Below are positions 19,210 to 29,030 of a stretch of DNA of 42,083 bases, piece after piece (position 1 is the stretch's first letter; the number at the start of each line of letters is the position of its first letter). The notes beneath the pieces were generated by a model, which searched no databases, was not told where the DNA came from, and saw nothing but the letters and a program-made list of their open reading frames with translations. Both the position numbers and the translations under genes were made by a program. Source of the stretch: a bacterium (GTDB taxonomy: Bacteria; RBG-13-61-14; DATKZS01); assembly GCA_046484135.1 (NCBI GenBank), contig JAWOBU010000007.1, forward strand, positions 1 through 42,083, written 5' to 3'.

Positions 19210-20487
19210 GTGGCGAAAAAGAACAATAATAATAATAATAACGAAGGTACAAGCGGAACCACTATAACGTGCTCCTTTTGCGGAAGGAGCCAGAAGGAAG
19301 TAAAAAAGCTTATCGCCGGGCCAACGGTTTACATCTGCAATGAATGTATAGAGCTATGCAACGACATCATTGCAGAAGAGCGCGAGAAAGAGCGCGAGTA
19401 CTACACCGGCAGAGGCAAGCTTCCCACCCCCCAGGAGATCAAGGAGTTCCTGGACGAGTACGTGATCGGGCAGGAGGACGCCAAGAAGACCCTGGCGGTG
19501 GCGGTCTACAACCACTACAAGCGTATCTACTCCATGGGCATGGGCGGAGACGTTGAGCTGCAGAAGTCCAACATCCTGCTGGTGGGCCCTACCGGCGTGG
19601 GTAAGACGCTTCTGGCCCAGACCCTGGCCCGTTTTCTGGACGTGCCGTTCACCATTGCCGACGCCACCTGCCTGACCGAGGCCGGCTACGTGGGAGAGGA
19701 CGTGGAAAACATCATCGTGAACCTGCTCCGGGATGCTGACGACAACGTGGAGCGGGCCGAGCGCGGGATCGTGTACATTGACGAGATAGACAAGCTCTCC
19801 CGCAAGTCGGAGAACCCCAGCATCACCAGGGACGTCTCCGGCGAAGGCGTCCAGCAGGCGCTTTTAAAGATCATTGAAGGCACGGTGGCCAATGTTCCTC
19901 CCAAGGGGGGAAGAAAGCATCCCCAGCAGGAGTTCATGCAGGTTGACACCTCCAACATCCTGTTCATTTGCGGCGGGGCCTTTGTAGGCATGGACAAGGT
20001 GATCGAACAGAGGATATCCCGCCAGGGAATGGGCTTCGGCGCGGACTTGAAGTCGAAGAACGAAAGGTCCATCGGCGAGATCCTGTCCCAGATTCAGCCC
20101 GACGACCTGATCGGGTACGGCATGATTCCCGAGTTCGTGGGAAGGATACCGGTAGTGGCCAGCCTGAACGAGCTCTCCGAGGACGACCTCATCAACATCC
20201 TGGTCGAGCCGAAGAACTCCCTGCTCAAGCAGTACAAGAAGCTCTTCGAGCTCGAAAACGTACAGCTCAAGTTCTCCGAAGGCGCCCTTCGGGAGATCGC
20301 CAAAGAGGCCATCATAAGAGGCACCGGCGCCCGCGGTCTGCGGGCCATACTGGAGCGGAACATGCTCGAGGTAATGTACAAAATCCCGAACGAGCGCAAC
20401 ATCAGGTGCTGCGTGGTTAATGAAGACGTAATAAACAAGGGTGAAGAGCCCATACTGGAGCTGGAGAAAGAGGCGGAGATCGCCTGA
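19210..20487 (+). CDS. clpX: ATP-dependent Clp protease ATP-binding subunit
   Basis: CSFC...CNEC Zn finger, GPTGVGKT Walker [26 protein letters not shown] (IGF-type) loop. GTG 19210 chosen on RBS spacing. Confidence 0.98.
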   Translation: MAKKNNNNNNNEGTSGTTITCSFCGRSQKEVKKLIAGPTVYICNECIELCNDIIAEEREKEREYYTGRGKLPTPQEIKEFLDEYVIGQEDAKKTLAVAVYNHYKRIYSMGMGGDVELQKSNILLVGPTGVGKTLLAQTLARFLDVPFTIADATCLTEAGYVGEDVENIIVNLLRDADDNVERAERGIVYIDEIDKLSRKSENPSITRDVSGEGVQQALLKIIEGTVANVPPKGGRKHPQQEFMQVDTSNILFICGGAFVGMDKVIEQRISRQGMGFGADLKSKNERSIGEILSQIQPDDLIGYGMIPEFVGRIPVVASLNELSEDDLINILVEPKNSLLKQYKKLFELENVQLKFSEGALREIAKEAIIRGTGARGLRAILERNMLEVMYKIPNERNIRCCVVNEDVINKGEEPILELEKEAEIA

Positions 20488-20516
20488 ATTAAATAAAACG
20501 AAATCAGGGGGAATCC

Positions 20517-23000
20517 ATGTTTTTTAAAAACAGCGACGACGACTCGGTAGATACCACGGCGGAAAATAATACCAAAGTAATGCCTCTTCTGCCCCTGCGG
20601 GACGTGATCATGTTCCCGTACATGGTCCAGCCCCTGTTCGTGGGAAGGGAAAAATCCATCAACGCCCTGGAAGAGGCCATGAACAATGACAAGGGGATAC
20701 TGCTCGCAGCCCAGAAGAGCGCCAAGACCAACGACCCCGCACCCGACGATATCTTCCAGGTAGGGACCATCGGGACCATCATCCAGCTTCTGCGTCTTCC
20801 CGACGGTACGGTCAAGGTGCTGGTGGAAGGCAAGAAGCGGGCCCGGGTGAAAAGCCATCTGCCCCGCTCCGAGTTCCTGCAGGTAGAAGTGGAGGAAATC
20901 CAGGAGGAGATAGCGAGCTCGGTTGAGGTGGAAGCACTGCTCCGGTCCATCAACACCACCTTCGAGACTTACGTGAAGCTGAACAAAAAGATACCGCCGG
21001 ATATGCTGGTCCACGTCTCCAGCATCGAGGACCCGGGAAGACTGGCTGATACTATTGTAGCCCACCTCACTCATCTCAAGCTGGAGGACAAGCAGGAGAT
21101 ACTCGAGCTTGCCGACCCCACCAAGAGGCTGGAGAAGCTCTACAGCCTCATGCAGGGAGAGATCGAGATACTCCAGGTGGAAAAGAAAATAAAGTCCCGC
21201 GTGAAAAAGCAGATGGAAAAGACCCAGAAAGAGTATTACCTGAACGAACAGATGCGGGCCATCCAGAAAGAGCTGGGGGAAAAGGACGACTTTAGAAACG
21301 AGGTCCAGGAGCTGGAAGAGAAGCTCCGCAACAAGGACATGCCCGACTACGCCCGGGAGAAGGTGGAAAAAGAGCTGAAGAAGTTCAAGATGATGTCTCC
21401 CATGTCCGCGGAAGCCACCGTGGTCAGAAACTATATTGACTGGATGCTGGCCCTGCCCTGGAACGAGCTCACCGAGGAAAAGATCGAAATCCCGGAATGC
21501 GAGAAGGTCCTGGACGAGGACCACCACGGGCTGGAAAAGGTCAAGAACCGGATCGTGGAGTACCTGGCCGTCCAGAAGCTGGTGGGCAAGCTGCGGGGCC
21601 CCATCCTCTGCCTGGTGGGCCCGCCCGGCGTGGGAAAGACCAGCCTGGGCAAGTCCATTGCCAGGGCCACCGGCAGGAACTTTGTCAGGATCAGCCTGGG
21701 AGGCGTCCGGGACGAGGCGGAGATACGCGGACACCGGAGGACCTACATCGGCGCCCTCCCCGGCAAGCTGATCCAGGGAATGAAAAGGGCGGGAAGCAAC
21801 AACCCGGTGTTTCTCCTGGACGAAGTGGATAAGCTGTCCTCCGACTTCCGCGGGGACCCCAGCTCCGCCCTCATGGAGGTCCTGGACCCGGAGCAGAACT
21901 ACATGTTCCAGGACCATTACCTGGACTGCGACTACGACCTGTCCAAGGTCATGTTCGTCTGTACCGCCAACCAGCTCAACTCCATTCCGCCGGCCCTCCA
22001 GGACCGCATGGAGGTTCTCCGGATGGAGGGCTACACCGAGGTGGACAAGCTGGAGATAGCCAAGGGGTGGCTTATTCCCAAGCAGAAAGAAGAGCACGGA
22101 CTTGCCGAGGTGGACTTGGGCATCAATGACGAGGCCGTCCTGGACCTGATCCGCTACTACACCCGGGAAGCGGGCGTCCGGAACCTGGAGAGGGAGCTGG
22201 CCAGCATCTTCCGCAAGGTAGCCCGCCAGGTGGCAAAGGAAGAGGAAGAAAACCCGGTTATCAGGACCACGCCCCAGAACCTGCCCGACTACCTGGGAGT
22301 GAGAAAGTTCGAGATGACCGAATGCGAGACCAAGGACCAGGTAGGAGTGGCCAACGGACTGACCTGGACCGGCTACGGCGGGTCCATCCAGACGGTCGAG
22401 GTCTCGGTGGTGCCGGGCAAGGGCAAGGTAAAAATCACCGGGAACCTGGGAGACGTGCTCCAGGAGTCAGCCCAGGCTGCCATCTCCTACATCCGTTCGA
22501 GAGCCGATCATCTGGGACTGGACAAGGATTTCTATCAGAACAACGACATCCACGTACACCTGCCGGAAGGAGGCCAGCCCAAGGAAGGACCCTCCGCGGG
22601 AATCGCCCTCGCCGTTAGTATCGCTTCTTCCTTCTTGAGGGCGCCGGTCAGGTGCGATGTCGCCATGACCGGAGAGATCACCCTGCGCGGCAGGGTACTG
22701 ACCATCGGGGGTGTAAAAGAGAAGCTCCTGGCAGTGCAGAGGGCCGGACTTACCAACGTGATCCTGCCCAAAAGCAACGAAAAGGACGTGCCGGAGGTCC
22801 CCGAAAAAATCACCAAGGACCTGAACATAACCTACGTCGAGCACATGGACGAGGTACTCAAGCACGCACTGGTGGACGGCGAAGAAATCATGAAAAAAGC
22901 CATGGAAAGGATAGAAAAGCCCCAACAGGAAGAAAGCGAAAGCGAAAGGGAATCGGAGATCACTTCCGACTCCGTTACCACTTCTCTGCCCACCAACTAA
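20517..23000 (+). CDS. lon: Lon protease (endopeptidase La)
   Basis: PLLPLRD N-domain, [32 protein letters not shown] (catalytic Ser), GGVKEK (catalytic Lys). Confidence 0.98.
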   Translation: MFFKNSDDDSVDTTAENNTKVMPLLPLRDVIMFPYMVQPLFVGREKSINALEEAMNNDKGILLAAQKSAKTNDPAPDDIFQVGTIGTIIQLLRLPDGTVKVLVEGKKRARVKSHLPRSEFLQVEVEEIQEEIASSVEVEALLRSINTTFETYVKLNKKIPPDMLVHVSSIEDPGRLADTIVAHLTHLKLEDKQEILELADPTKRLEKLYSLMQGEIEILQVEKKIKSRVKKQMEKTQKEYYLNEQMRAIQKELGEKDDFRNEVQELEEKLRNKDMPDYAREKVEKELKKFKMMSPMSAEATVVRNYIDWMLALPWNELTEEKIEIPECEKVLDEDHHGLEKVKNRIVEYLAVQKLVGKLRGPILCLVGPPGVGKTSLGKSIARATGRNFVRISLGGVRDEAEIRGHRRTYIGALPGKLIQGMKRAGSNNPVFLLDEVDKLSSDFRGDPSSALMEVLDPEQNYMFQDHYLDCDYDLSKVMFVCTANQLNSIPPALQDRMEVLRMEGYTEVDKLEIAKGWLIPKQKEEHGLAEVDLGINDEAVLDLIRYYTREAGVRNLERELASIFRKVARQVAKEEEENPVIRTTPQNLPDYLGVRKFEMTECETKDQVGVANGLTWTGYGGSIQTVEVSVVPGKGKVKITGNLGDVLQESAQAAISYIRSRADHLGLDKDFYQNNDIHVHLPEGGQPKEGPSAGIALAVSIASSFLRAPVRCDVAMTGEITLRGRVLTIGGVKEKLLAVQRAGLTNVILPKSNEKDVPEVPEKITKDLNITYVEHMDEVLKHALVDGEEIMKKAMERIEKPQQEESESERESEITSDSVTTSLPTN

Positions 23001-23026
23001 AGCGGAACAATACGCATAAAAACATT

Positions 23027-23060
23027 ACAAGCCTCTTGCGGGACGCCGCGAGAGGCTTGT
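23027..23060 (+). terminator. Hairpin terminator after lon
   Basis: ACAAGCCTCTTGCGG-GACG-CCGCGAGAGGCTTGT, a 15-bp stem with one G-U pair. Confidence 0.7.
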
Positions 23061-23205
23061 TAAGTTAAAAAAACCTGCACACAGTGAACCGGTCCGGCAA
23101 AGCGTGTGTTAAAAGGCGCCGGGGCGTAAAGATATGAGAAGCCTTTTGCAAAATCCCGTAATCAGGCCACGAATTTATTCTTGACAAAAGCTGAAGGAGG
23201 TAAGA

Positions 23206-24180
23206 ATGCCGGAGGACCAAAATAACAACGACGGCTCGCCATCCTATCGCAAGGCGACCTACAAGTCCGCGGTCCGCATGGTGCGGCTGGTGGACGAGAT
23301 GCCGAAACACGGCCTGGGGCGCAGGCTCGAAAGCGTTGCAAAAGGGCTGGGGGTGTCCAAGCAGACGGTAAAGCGTTACGTAAAGGCTTTGCAGGACGAG
23401 TTCGTAACCGAGAGCGGCGAGCCGCAGTTCGTGATCAAAAAGGAGGGGGACGAGGAATGGCTGGTGCGCCGTTCCAAGTACGATGAAAAGGCCCGGGCCA
23501 ACATCTACCAGCTTATCTCGGTGTATCTTTCCCTGGAGATATTCAAGATGCTGGGGGCCAACAACCTGTTCATGGACTTGGTGGACGACGTGCTAGGCGA
23601 GGTCGAGCAGAAGCTTACCAGCGCCCACCGAGGGCTTATCAAGGACCTGGCCCGGAAGTTCTACAGCGAGCCGTGGGCGCCCAAGGACTACTCGCAACAC
23701 GATGAGGTGCTCTCGAACGTGATCAAGGCGCTGGTGTATCAGAACGTGATCAATATCAATTACAAGCCCGGCGGGTGCGAGCCGTGCGACTACACGATCC
23801 AGCCGCTTACCCTGCTTTACCACCGGGGCGGCCTCTACCTTATCGCCCGCGCCATCCATCACCAGCAACCGGTTTACTTCAACATCGAGCGCCTCCAGGA
23901 GGTCCAGGTCACCCCGGACAAGTTCGACTACCCGGAAAAGTACCATCCCGCCCAGATGATGGACGGAGCCTTCGGCATATTCACCGGCGGAGAGAAAAAA
24001 ACCTTCCGGCTTCGCTTCCCGCCCCAGCTCAAAGACTACATCTGCTCCCGGCAGTGGCACAAGAGCCAGCACTGCGAGGTCCATGGCGACGGCTCGGTAA
24101 CCCTCACCCTTACGGTTACGGACTCGGAGGAGGTGCGCTCCTGGATACGCGGGTTCGGGGATAACGTAAGCATGTTGTGA
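23206..24180 (+). CDS. WYL-domain transcriptional regulator (wHTH-WYL-WCX; PafB/DriD/YafY-like)
   Basis: HTH LESVAKGLGVSKQTVKRYVKAL; WYL core INYK...IQPLTLLYHRGGLYLIA...FNIERL; WCX RQWHKSQ...DGSVTL...SWIRGFG; AAGGAGG RBS. Confidence 0.92.
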   Translation: MPEDQNNNDGSPSYRKATYKSAVRMVRLVDEMPKHGLGRRLESVAKGLGVSKQTVKRYVKALQDEFVTESGEPQFVIKKEGDEEWLVRRSKYDEKARANIYQLISVYLSLEIFKMLGANNLFMDLVDDVLGEVEQKLTSAHRGLIKDLARKFYSEPWAPKDYSQHDEVLSNVIKALVYQNVININYKPGGCEPCDYTIQPLTLLYHRGGLYLIARAIHHQQPVYFNIERLQEVQVTPDKFDYPEKYHPAQMMDGAFGIFTGGEKKTFRLRFPPQLKDYICSRQWHKSQHCEVHGDGSVTLTLTVTDSEEVRSWIRGFGDNVSML

Positions 24181-24293
24181 TTTCTGTCGAACGAGAAACA
24201 GAAGAGAAAACCGCCATAGTGATGGCAGGAGCCCCGCAAAAGCGGAGACTCTTCAAAATAAAAAACCGGAGGCAGTTCACAAATCGCGGGCGC

Positions 24294-24321
24294 TTGACAA
24301 ACCGCCTTTTGAATCTAAACT
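24294..24321 (+). promoter_or_regulatory. Possible sigma70 promoter for galT
   Basis: TTGACA, 16 bp spacer, TAAACT. Confidence 0.4.
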
Positions 24322-24447
24322 ATAGGTCATGTTACGAAACGGTTGTTAAGTTACCGAGGCGTCCCGCCGCGAGCACTCTTTTATTTTTTTTGTTTCTCTC
24401 CCATAACCGACTTTAGATGAGACCAGTCTTTTATTAAGAACAGCGAG

Positions 24448-25467
24448 GTGAACAAATTGCCGGAGCTCAGAAAAGACCCGGTTATAGGCCGCTGGGTCAT
24501 CATAGCCACGGAAAGAAAAAAACGGCCTCACGATTTCGCGAGTTTTGACGAACGCTGCGTTTCCGACACTTCCACCTGCCCTTTTTGCGAAGGGAACGAG
24601 AAGAAGACGCCGCCGGAGATCAGGGCTTTTCGGAACGGCACGCCTGCTGATTCGCCGGGCTGGTCGGTGCGTGTTGTTCCCAACAAGTTCCCGGCGCTCG
24701 CGATCGAGGGAGACATGGACCGGATGGGCGAAGGGATGTTCGACAAAATGAACGGCGTTGGAGCCCACGAGGTCATAATCGAGACGCCCCGCCACGTTTG
24801 CAACTATGATGTTTTGTCCGTTCACGAGGTTTACGACATCGTAAGGTCCTATCGGGAACGGATGCTTGATTTGAAAGGCGATCCCCGTTTCAAGTACATC
24901 CTTATTTTCAAGAACAAGGGCCGGGAGGCCGGCGCCAGTCTCGAGCACACTCACTCTCAGCTTATTGCGCTTCCCATTGTTCCCAAGCGGGTATCGGAGG
25001 AGCTGGAAGGCTCGAAGGAGTACTACCGTTTCAAGGAGCGGTGCGTCTTCTGCGACATCATCAGACAGGAGATGAAAGACGAGGTCCGGGTTGTCTTCGA
25101 GAACCGGGAGTTCATCTGCCTCTCCCCTTATGCCCCGAAGTCGCCTTTCGAGACGTGGATTTTGCCGAAAGCCCACCAGTCGCGCTTCGAGTTCCTGGAG
25201 GACGGCCAGATACCCTACCTGGCCGAGATACTGCACCGGCTCATGATCAAGACAAACCAGGTGCTGGGGGACCCTCCTTTTAACTACATCATTCACACCG
25301 CTCCTTTACAGGAGGACCCGGTGCACTATCACTGGCACATCGAGATAATGCCCAAGCTGACGCAGGTGGCCGGCTTTGAGTGGGGCTCCGGCTTTTACAT
25401 AAACCCGGCTCCTCCGGAGGACGCGGCCGAGGCCCTCCGCTGCGGCGATTCCGGTGCGGCAGACTGA
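24448..25467 (+). CDS. galT: Galactose-1-phosphate uridylyltransferase family (GalT/HIT-like)
   Basis: ELRKDPVIGRWVII..ERKKRP, CPFCEGNE, VVPNKFPAL, GASLEHTHSQ (HxHxQ), AGFEWGSG. Confidence 0.9.
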   Translation: MNKLPELRKDPVIGRWVIIATERKKRPHDFASFDERCVSDTSTCPFCEGNEKKTPPEIRAFRNGTPADSPGWSVRVVPNKFPALAIEGDMDRMGEGMFDKMNGVGAHEVIIETPRHVCNYDVLSVHEVYDIVRSYRERMLDLKGDPRFKYILIFKNKGREAGASLEHTHSQLIALPIVPKRVSEELEGSKEYYRFKERCVFCDIIRQEMKDEVRVVFENREFICLSPYAPKSPFETWILPKAHQSRFEFLEDGQIPYLAEILHRLMIKTNQVLGDPPFNYIIHTAPLQEDPVHYHWHIEIMPKLTQVAGFEWGSGFYINPAPPEDAAEALRCGDSGAAD

Positions 25468-25557
25468 TCGCCCTCTTTTTTCGTAAGCAGCATGCTTTGA
25501 ACGTACTTTCAGCTTATGTTAATTTTATAGATTCAGCTTTTCCATTAAGGAGGAGAG

Positions 25558-26067
25558 ATGGCCCGCGAGACAACGCCGGTTTTGATTCTGCTTGGCAGCG
25601 ATTCGGACCTTAAATGCATGAAAAAATGCAGCCGGGTTCTGGAAGAGTTCGCTGTCCCGGCAAGTATTACAGTGGCCTCTGCGCACCGCTCCCCGGAGAG
25701 AACGCAGAAGCTTTCCGAAGAAGCCCGGGCAAACGGCACGCGGGTTATTATCGCGGCGGCCGGCCTGGCCGCGCATCTGGCGGGGGTGGTGGCCTCCCAT
25801 ACCCTTCTTCCGGTAATAGGGGTCCCCATGGAGGCGGGGCCCTTTCAGGGAATGGACTCACTGCTTTCCACGGTACAGATGCCGCCGGGGGTCCCGGTAG
25901 CCACGGTAGGTGTGGGGGACGCCGGTGCGAAGAACGCGGCCTTTCTCGCCCTTCGCATCCTTGCTCTTTCCGATCAGGAGCTTTATTCCCGGCTGGAGAC
26001 CTACCGCGGGGAGATGGCGAAACAGGTGGAAAGTACAGGCCGGAGCATAGAAGAGGGCGAGGTCTGA
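25558..26067 (+). CDS. purE: N5-CAIR mutase
   Basis: GSDSD, ASAHRSP, AAGLAAHL, PVIGVP, SLLSTVQMPPGVPVATV. Confidence 0.97.
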   Translation: MARETTPVLILLGSDSDLKCMKKCSRVLEEFAVPASITVASAHRSPERTQKLSEEARANGTRVIIAAAGLAAHLAGVVASHTLLPVIGVPMEAGPFQGMDSLLSTVQMPPGVPVATVGVGDAGAKNAAFLALRILALSDQELYSRLETYRGEMAKQVESTGRSIEEGEV

Positions 26068-26074
26068 GTTCATA

Positions 26075-26989
26075 ATGAAAGCCGTTTCCGACTGCGCCCT
26101 TTGTCTTCTCAAGCTCGCCCATACTGCGTCGGACGCTGCCGGCGCGCCCGAGGGCAAGCGCCTTGAGGCCGTACGCGCTGCGCTTCAGGTGCTGGCGGCG
26201 GATGATTTCTCCCGCATTCCTCCAGCCATCGCCCGGGACGTTCTGGAAGGGGTGGGAGGTGCGCTGAAAAACCCGGACCCCTTTTCCGAAATAAAGAGAA
26301 GACACAACCGGCGGGCGCTGGAGCTTGTTTCGGAGTGGGCCTTTGACTTTTTAAAGGAGGCCCGCGACCCGGACGAGCGCCTTTCGCTTGCCGTTCGGGT
26401 GAGCCTTGCCGGCAACGGCATGGACCTGGCCACTATCCCGGAGGAGTCGGAGCCGGACCAGTTCAGAAAATGGGTGGAAGTGCCGTGGGCGATAAATCAG
26501 TTCGACGATTTCAACTCGGAGCTTACGGAGGCGACAGACGTTCTCTTCCTTTGTGATAATGCAGGGGAGATAGCCTTTGACAAGGTTTTGCTCTCGTGTC
26601 TTCTGGAGCTCGGCAAAGATGTAACGGTTTGTGTAAAATCGGGGCCGGCCCTGAACGACGCCACCCTGGAGGACGCCCGGGAGGTGGGTCTTGACTCGCT
26701 GGAAGCGGACGGCAAGAGCGTGCGTCTTATCACGACCGGGCAGGCCACCATGGGGGTTGACCTTGCCACGGCGTCGCCGGAATTCCGGGAGTGCTTCCAG
26801 AGGGCGGGAATCGTCATAGGCAAGGGGCAGGCCAATCTGGAGAGCCTCCATAACTGCGGTCGGCCGGTATACTTCATCACTTTGATAAAGTGCGGCCACG
26901 TGGCCCGGTACTATGAGATGGCCAAAGGCTCGGCCATGCTTTACCGAGGCGGAATGGAAAATGGAGTGCTTACGTCTTCCGGACACTGA
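26075..26989 (+). CDS. DUF89/ARMT1-like damage-control phosphatase
   Basis: N-terminal CxxC, DPF..IK, AGNGMD, DNAGEIAFD, LNDAT, KGQANLE, IKC. Confidence 0.9.
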   Translation: MKAVSDCALCLLKLAHTASDAAGAPEGKRLEAVRAALQVLAADDFSRIPPAIARDVLEGVGGALKNPDPFSEIKRRHNRRALELVSEWAFDFLKEARDPDERLSLAVRVSLAGNGMDLATIPEESEPDQFRKWVEVPWAINQFDDFNSELTEATDVLFLCDNAGEIAFDKVLLSCLLELGKDVTVCVKSGPALNDATLEDAREVGLDSLEADGKSVRLITTGQATMGVDLATASPEFRECFQRAGIVIGKGQANLESLHNCGRPVYFITLIKCGHVARYYEMAKGSAMLYRGGMENGVLTSSGH

Positions 26990-27575
26990 CGAGAGGGACG
27001 CTGCGGCAAGGGCGGCTGTTATACTGGGCGCAGGCGGTGTAATCGTGTTTCCCGCGGAGCGGCTTTACGGCGTGGGTGCTTCAGCGCTTCATTCCGGCGC
27101 TCTCCGGAAAGTATTGACACTAAAGAAAAGGGGGACGGCCCCCTTGCCGGTGGTTGTTTATGATATGAAGATGGCGGAGGAGTGGATAAAGTTTTCGGAC
27201 AGGTCGCGGCGGTTGGCGGAGAGGTTCTGGCCGGGTCCGTTGACGCTGGTATTAGAGTCAAGAAAGAAGCTCCCCGCGGAGCTTTCCGGCGGGGGCGGCA
27301 AACTGGGCGTCCGCGTTCCCGGAAACAGTCTGGCGCGGGAGATCGCGGGTGTTCTCGGTGCGCCGTATACAGCCACCAGCGGCAACATAAGCGGCGCCGA
27401 GCCAGGCAGGACCGCTCGGGAAGCTGTGGTGGGACTGAGCGGCGAGGTGGACCTGGTTCTGGACGCGGGCGAACTTGCCGGCCCTCCGCCCTCGACGGTC
27501 GCCGAGGTTTCCGGAGACGCCCTGCGCATATTGAGAGAGGGAGCCATAAGCGCTTCCTGTTTAGAAGATATTTAA
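26961..27575 (+). CDS. tsaC: TsaC/Sua5/YrdC family L-threonylcarbamoyladenylate synthase (divergent)
   Basis: GGVIVFP..LYG, KKR...PL, FWPGPLTLVL, GVRVP, ATSGNISG, PSTV, ILREGAI. Confidence 0.8.
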   Translation: MECLRLPDTDERDAAARAAVILGAGGVIVFPAERLYGVGASALHSGALRKVLTLKKRGTAPLPVVVYDMKMAEEWIKFSDRSRRLAERFWPGPLTLVLESRKKLPAELSGGGGKLGVRVPGNSLAREIAGVLGAPYTATSGNISGAEPGRTAREAVVGLSGEVDLVLDAGELAGPPPSTVAEVSGDALRILREGAISASCLEDI

Positions 27576-27587
27576 GAGGTCTTTTGA

Positions 27588-28925
27588 ATGAATGTAATTA
27601 AACCTTTTCGCGGCTTTCGATACGACCTTTCCAAAGCGGGGGAGCTTTCCGAGCTTATAGCTCCCCCCTACGACGTGATCTCTCCTGATCTGCAGCAGAA
27701 ACTTCACCATCGCTCTATCTACAACATTGTCCGTCTTGCGCTGGCGGAAGACGAGGAAGGGGACGACGAACATCACAACAAGTACACCCGCGCCGCCCGC
27801 CGGTGGCGCGAGTGGCGGGACGATGGAGTCCTGTTCCGGGACGGCACTCCCATGATTTACCGTTACATGATGAGTTTCAGCTCCAAGATGCCCGAGGGAA
27901 TTGTGACGCATGAGCGGCCCGGTTTTATGGCTCTGTTGCGTCTTTTCGAGTACTCGGAAGGCAAGGTTCTTCCGCACGAGCGGACCCTGGCCGGCCCCAA
28001 GGAGGACCGGTTTCAACTCATGCTTCACACCGGGGCCCAGTTCAGTCCTGTTTTTTTGATTTACCCGGACGAGAAGGGCGTGATAGATTCCGCTCTCGGT
28101 GAGTCGCCGTTAACGGACGATTCCTTCGTGTGCGAAGACGACGCGGGCGTAAGTCACAGCTTGTGGCCGATTTCCGATCCGGAGGCTGCCGGGGCGGTTG
28201 AGGCCCATCTTTCGGAGCAGGCCTTGTACATAGCGGACGGTCATCACCGTTACGAGACCGCTCTTACCATGCGGCGGCACCTTCTGGAACGGTCTCCGCT
28301 TTTCGCGGAAGGGCTGGATTACGTTCTCGCTTACTTCACTCCGCTGGAGCACCCTGGTCTTACCATCTTTCCTTACCACCGACTCATTCACAACCTGCCC
28401 AAGCGCCGGCTGTCCGGGCTGTTTAAAAAGCTCGCGGATTATTTTCACATAGATCGTACCCTTTTAAGCCCGCTGCAGCAGGGGGAGCCCCGCCGGGAGT
28501 TCATGACCGGCCTTCGGGAGCGGGGCAAGAACTCCAGGGTTTTCGGGATGGTGGACTCGACCGGCCAGGGTCATTACCTTACCTTGAAGACGGACGTGTC
28601 CGCCACCGGCGACTTTCACTCGGAGGCCGAGCTTGAACAGGCCTCCTTGGACGTCTCCATCCTGGAGAGGGTGATCTTGAAAGAAATACTCGGGATAAAG
28701 CACAAAGACCTGACCAATGAAAAGCACATCTCATATGCCACCGATTACGACACTATACTTAACGAAGTCCAAAATCCTCCCTACCAGCTTGCCTTCCTGC
28801 TCAACCCCACGCCGGTGGAGGCCGTAATCAGGATTTCCCACCAGGGGGGAGTCATGCCGGAAAAATCCACCTATTTCTTTCCCAAGACCGCCACCGGCCT
28901 TGTTATGCGCAGCATGGAAGACTGA
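27588..28925 (+). CDS. DUF1015 family protein
   Basis: IKPFRG, APPYDVI, VLPHERTL..PKEDR, IADGHHRYETA, PYHRL, MPEKSTYFFPK. Confidence 0.93.
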   Translation: MNVIKPFRGFRYDLSKAGELSELIAPPYDVISPDLQQKLHHRSIYNIVRLALAEDEEGDDEHHNKYTRAARRWREWRDDGVLFRDGTPMIYRYMMSFSSKMPEGIVTHERPGFMALLRLFEYSEGKVLPHERTLAGPKEDRFQLMLHTGAQFSPVFLIYPDEKGVIDSALGESPLTDDSFVCEDDAGVSHSLWPISDPEAAGAVEAHLSEQALYIADGHHRYETALTMRRHLLERSPLFAEGLDYVLAYFTPLEHPGLTIFPYHRLIHNLPKRRLSGLFKKLADYFHIDRTLLSPLQQGEPRREFMTGLRERGKNSRVFGMVDSTGQGHYLTLKTDVSATGDFHSEAELEQASLDVSILERVILKEILGIKHKDLTNEKHISYATDYDTILNEVQNPPYQLAFLLNPTPVEAVIRISHQGGVMPEKSTYFFPKTATGLVMRSMED

Positions 28926-28978
28926 TACCTTCCTTGTACTGAAAAACCGATCCCTCCTGCTTGCGCACCAAATAAGAA

Positions 28979-29005
28979 CTCCCGGAGGAGCAAAACCCCC
29001 GGGAG
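28979..29005. terminator. Hairpin between convergent genes
   Basis: CTCCCGG...CCGGGAG stem between the DUF1015 stop and the giant-lipoprotein stop. Confidence 0.45.
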
Positions 29006-29030
29006 CTCCTTTCCTGCTTTTATATAAGAG

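Noticed and set aside
20094..22097. 667-aa antisense ORF
   Set aside because: It is the shadow of clpX/lon produced by GC3-biased codon usage and has no recognisable motifs.
22555..22600. Lon PKEGPSAG instead of PKDGPSAG
   Set aside because: A conservative change; the Ser-Lys catalytic dyad is intact.
24181..24447. Possible ncRNA or WYL target array downstream of the WYL gene
   Set aside because: Only a short hairpin (CCGC-AAAA-GCGG) and promoter-like elements are present; no repeats or recognisable RNA family.
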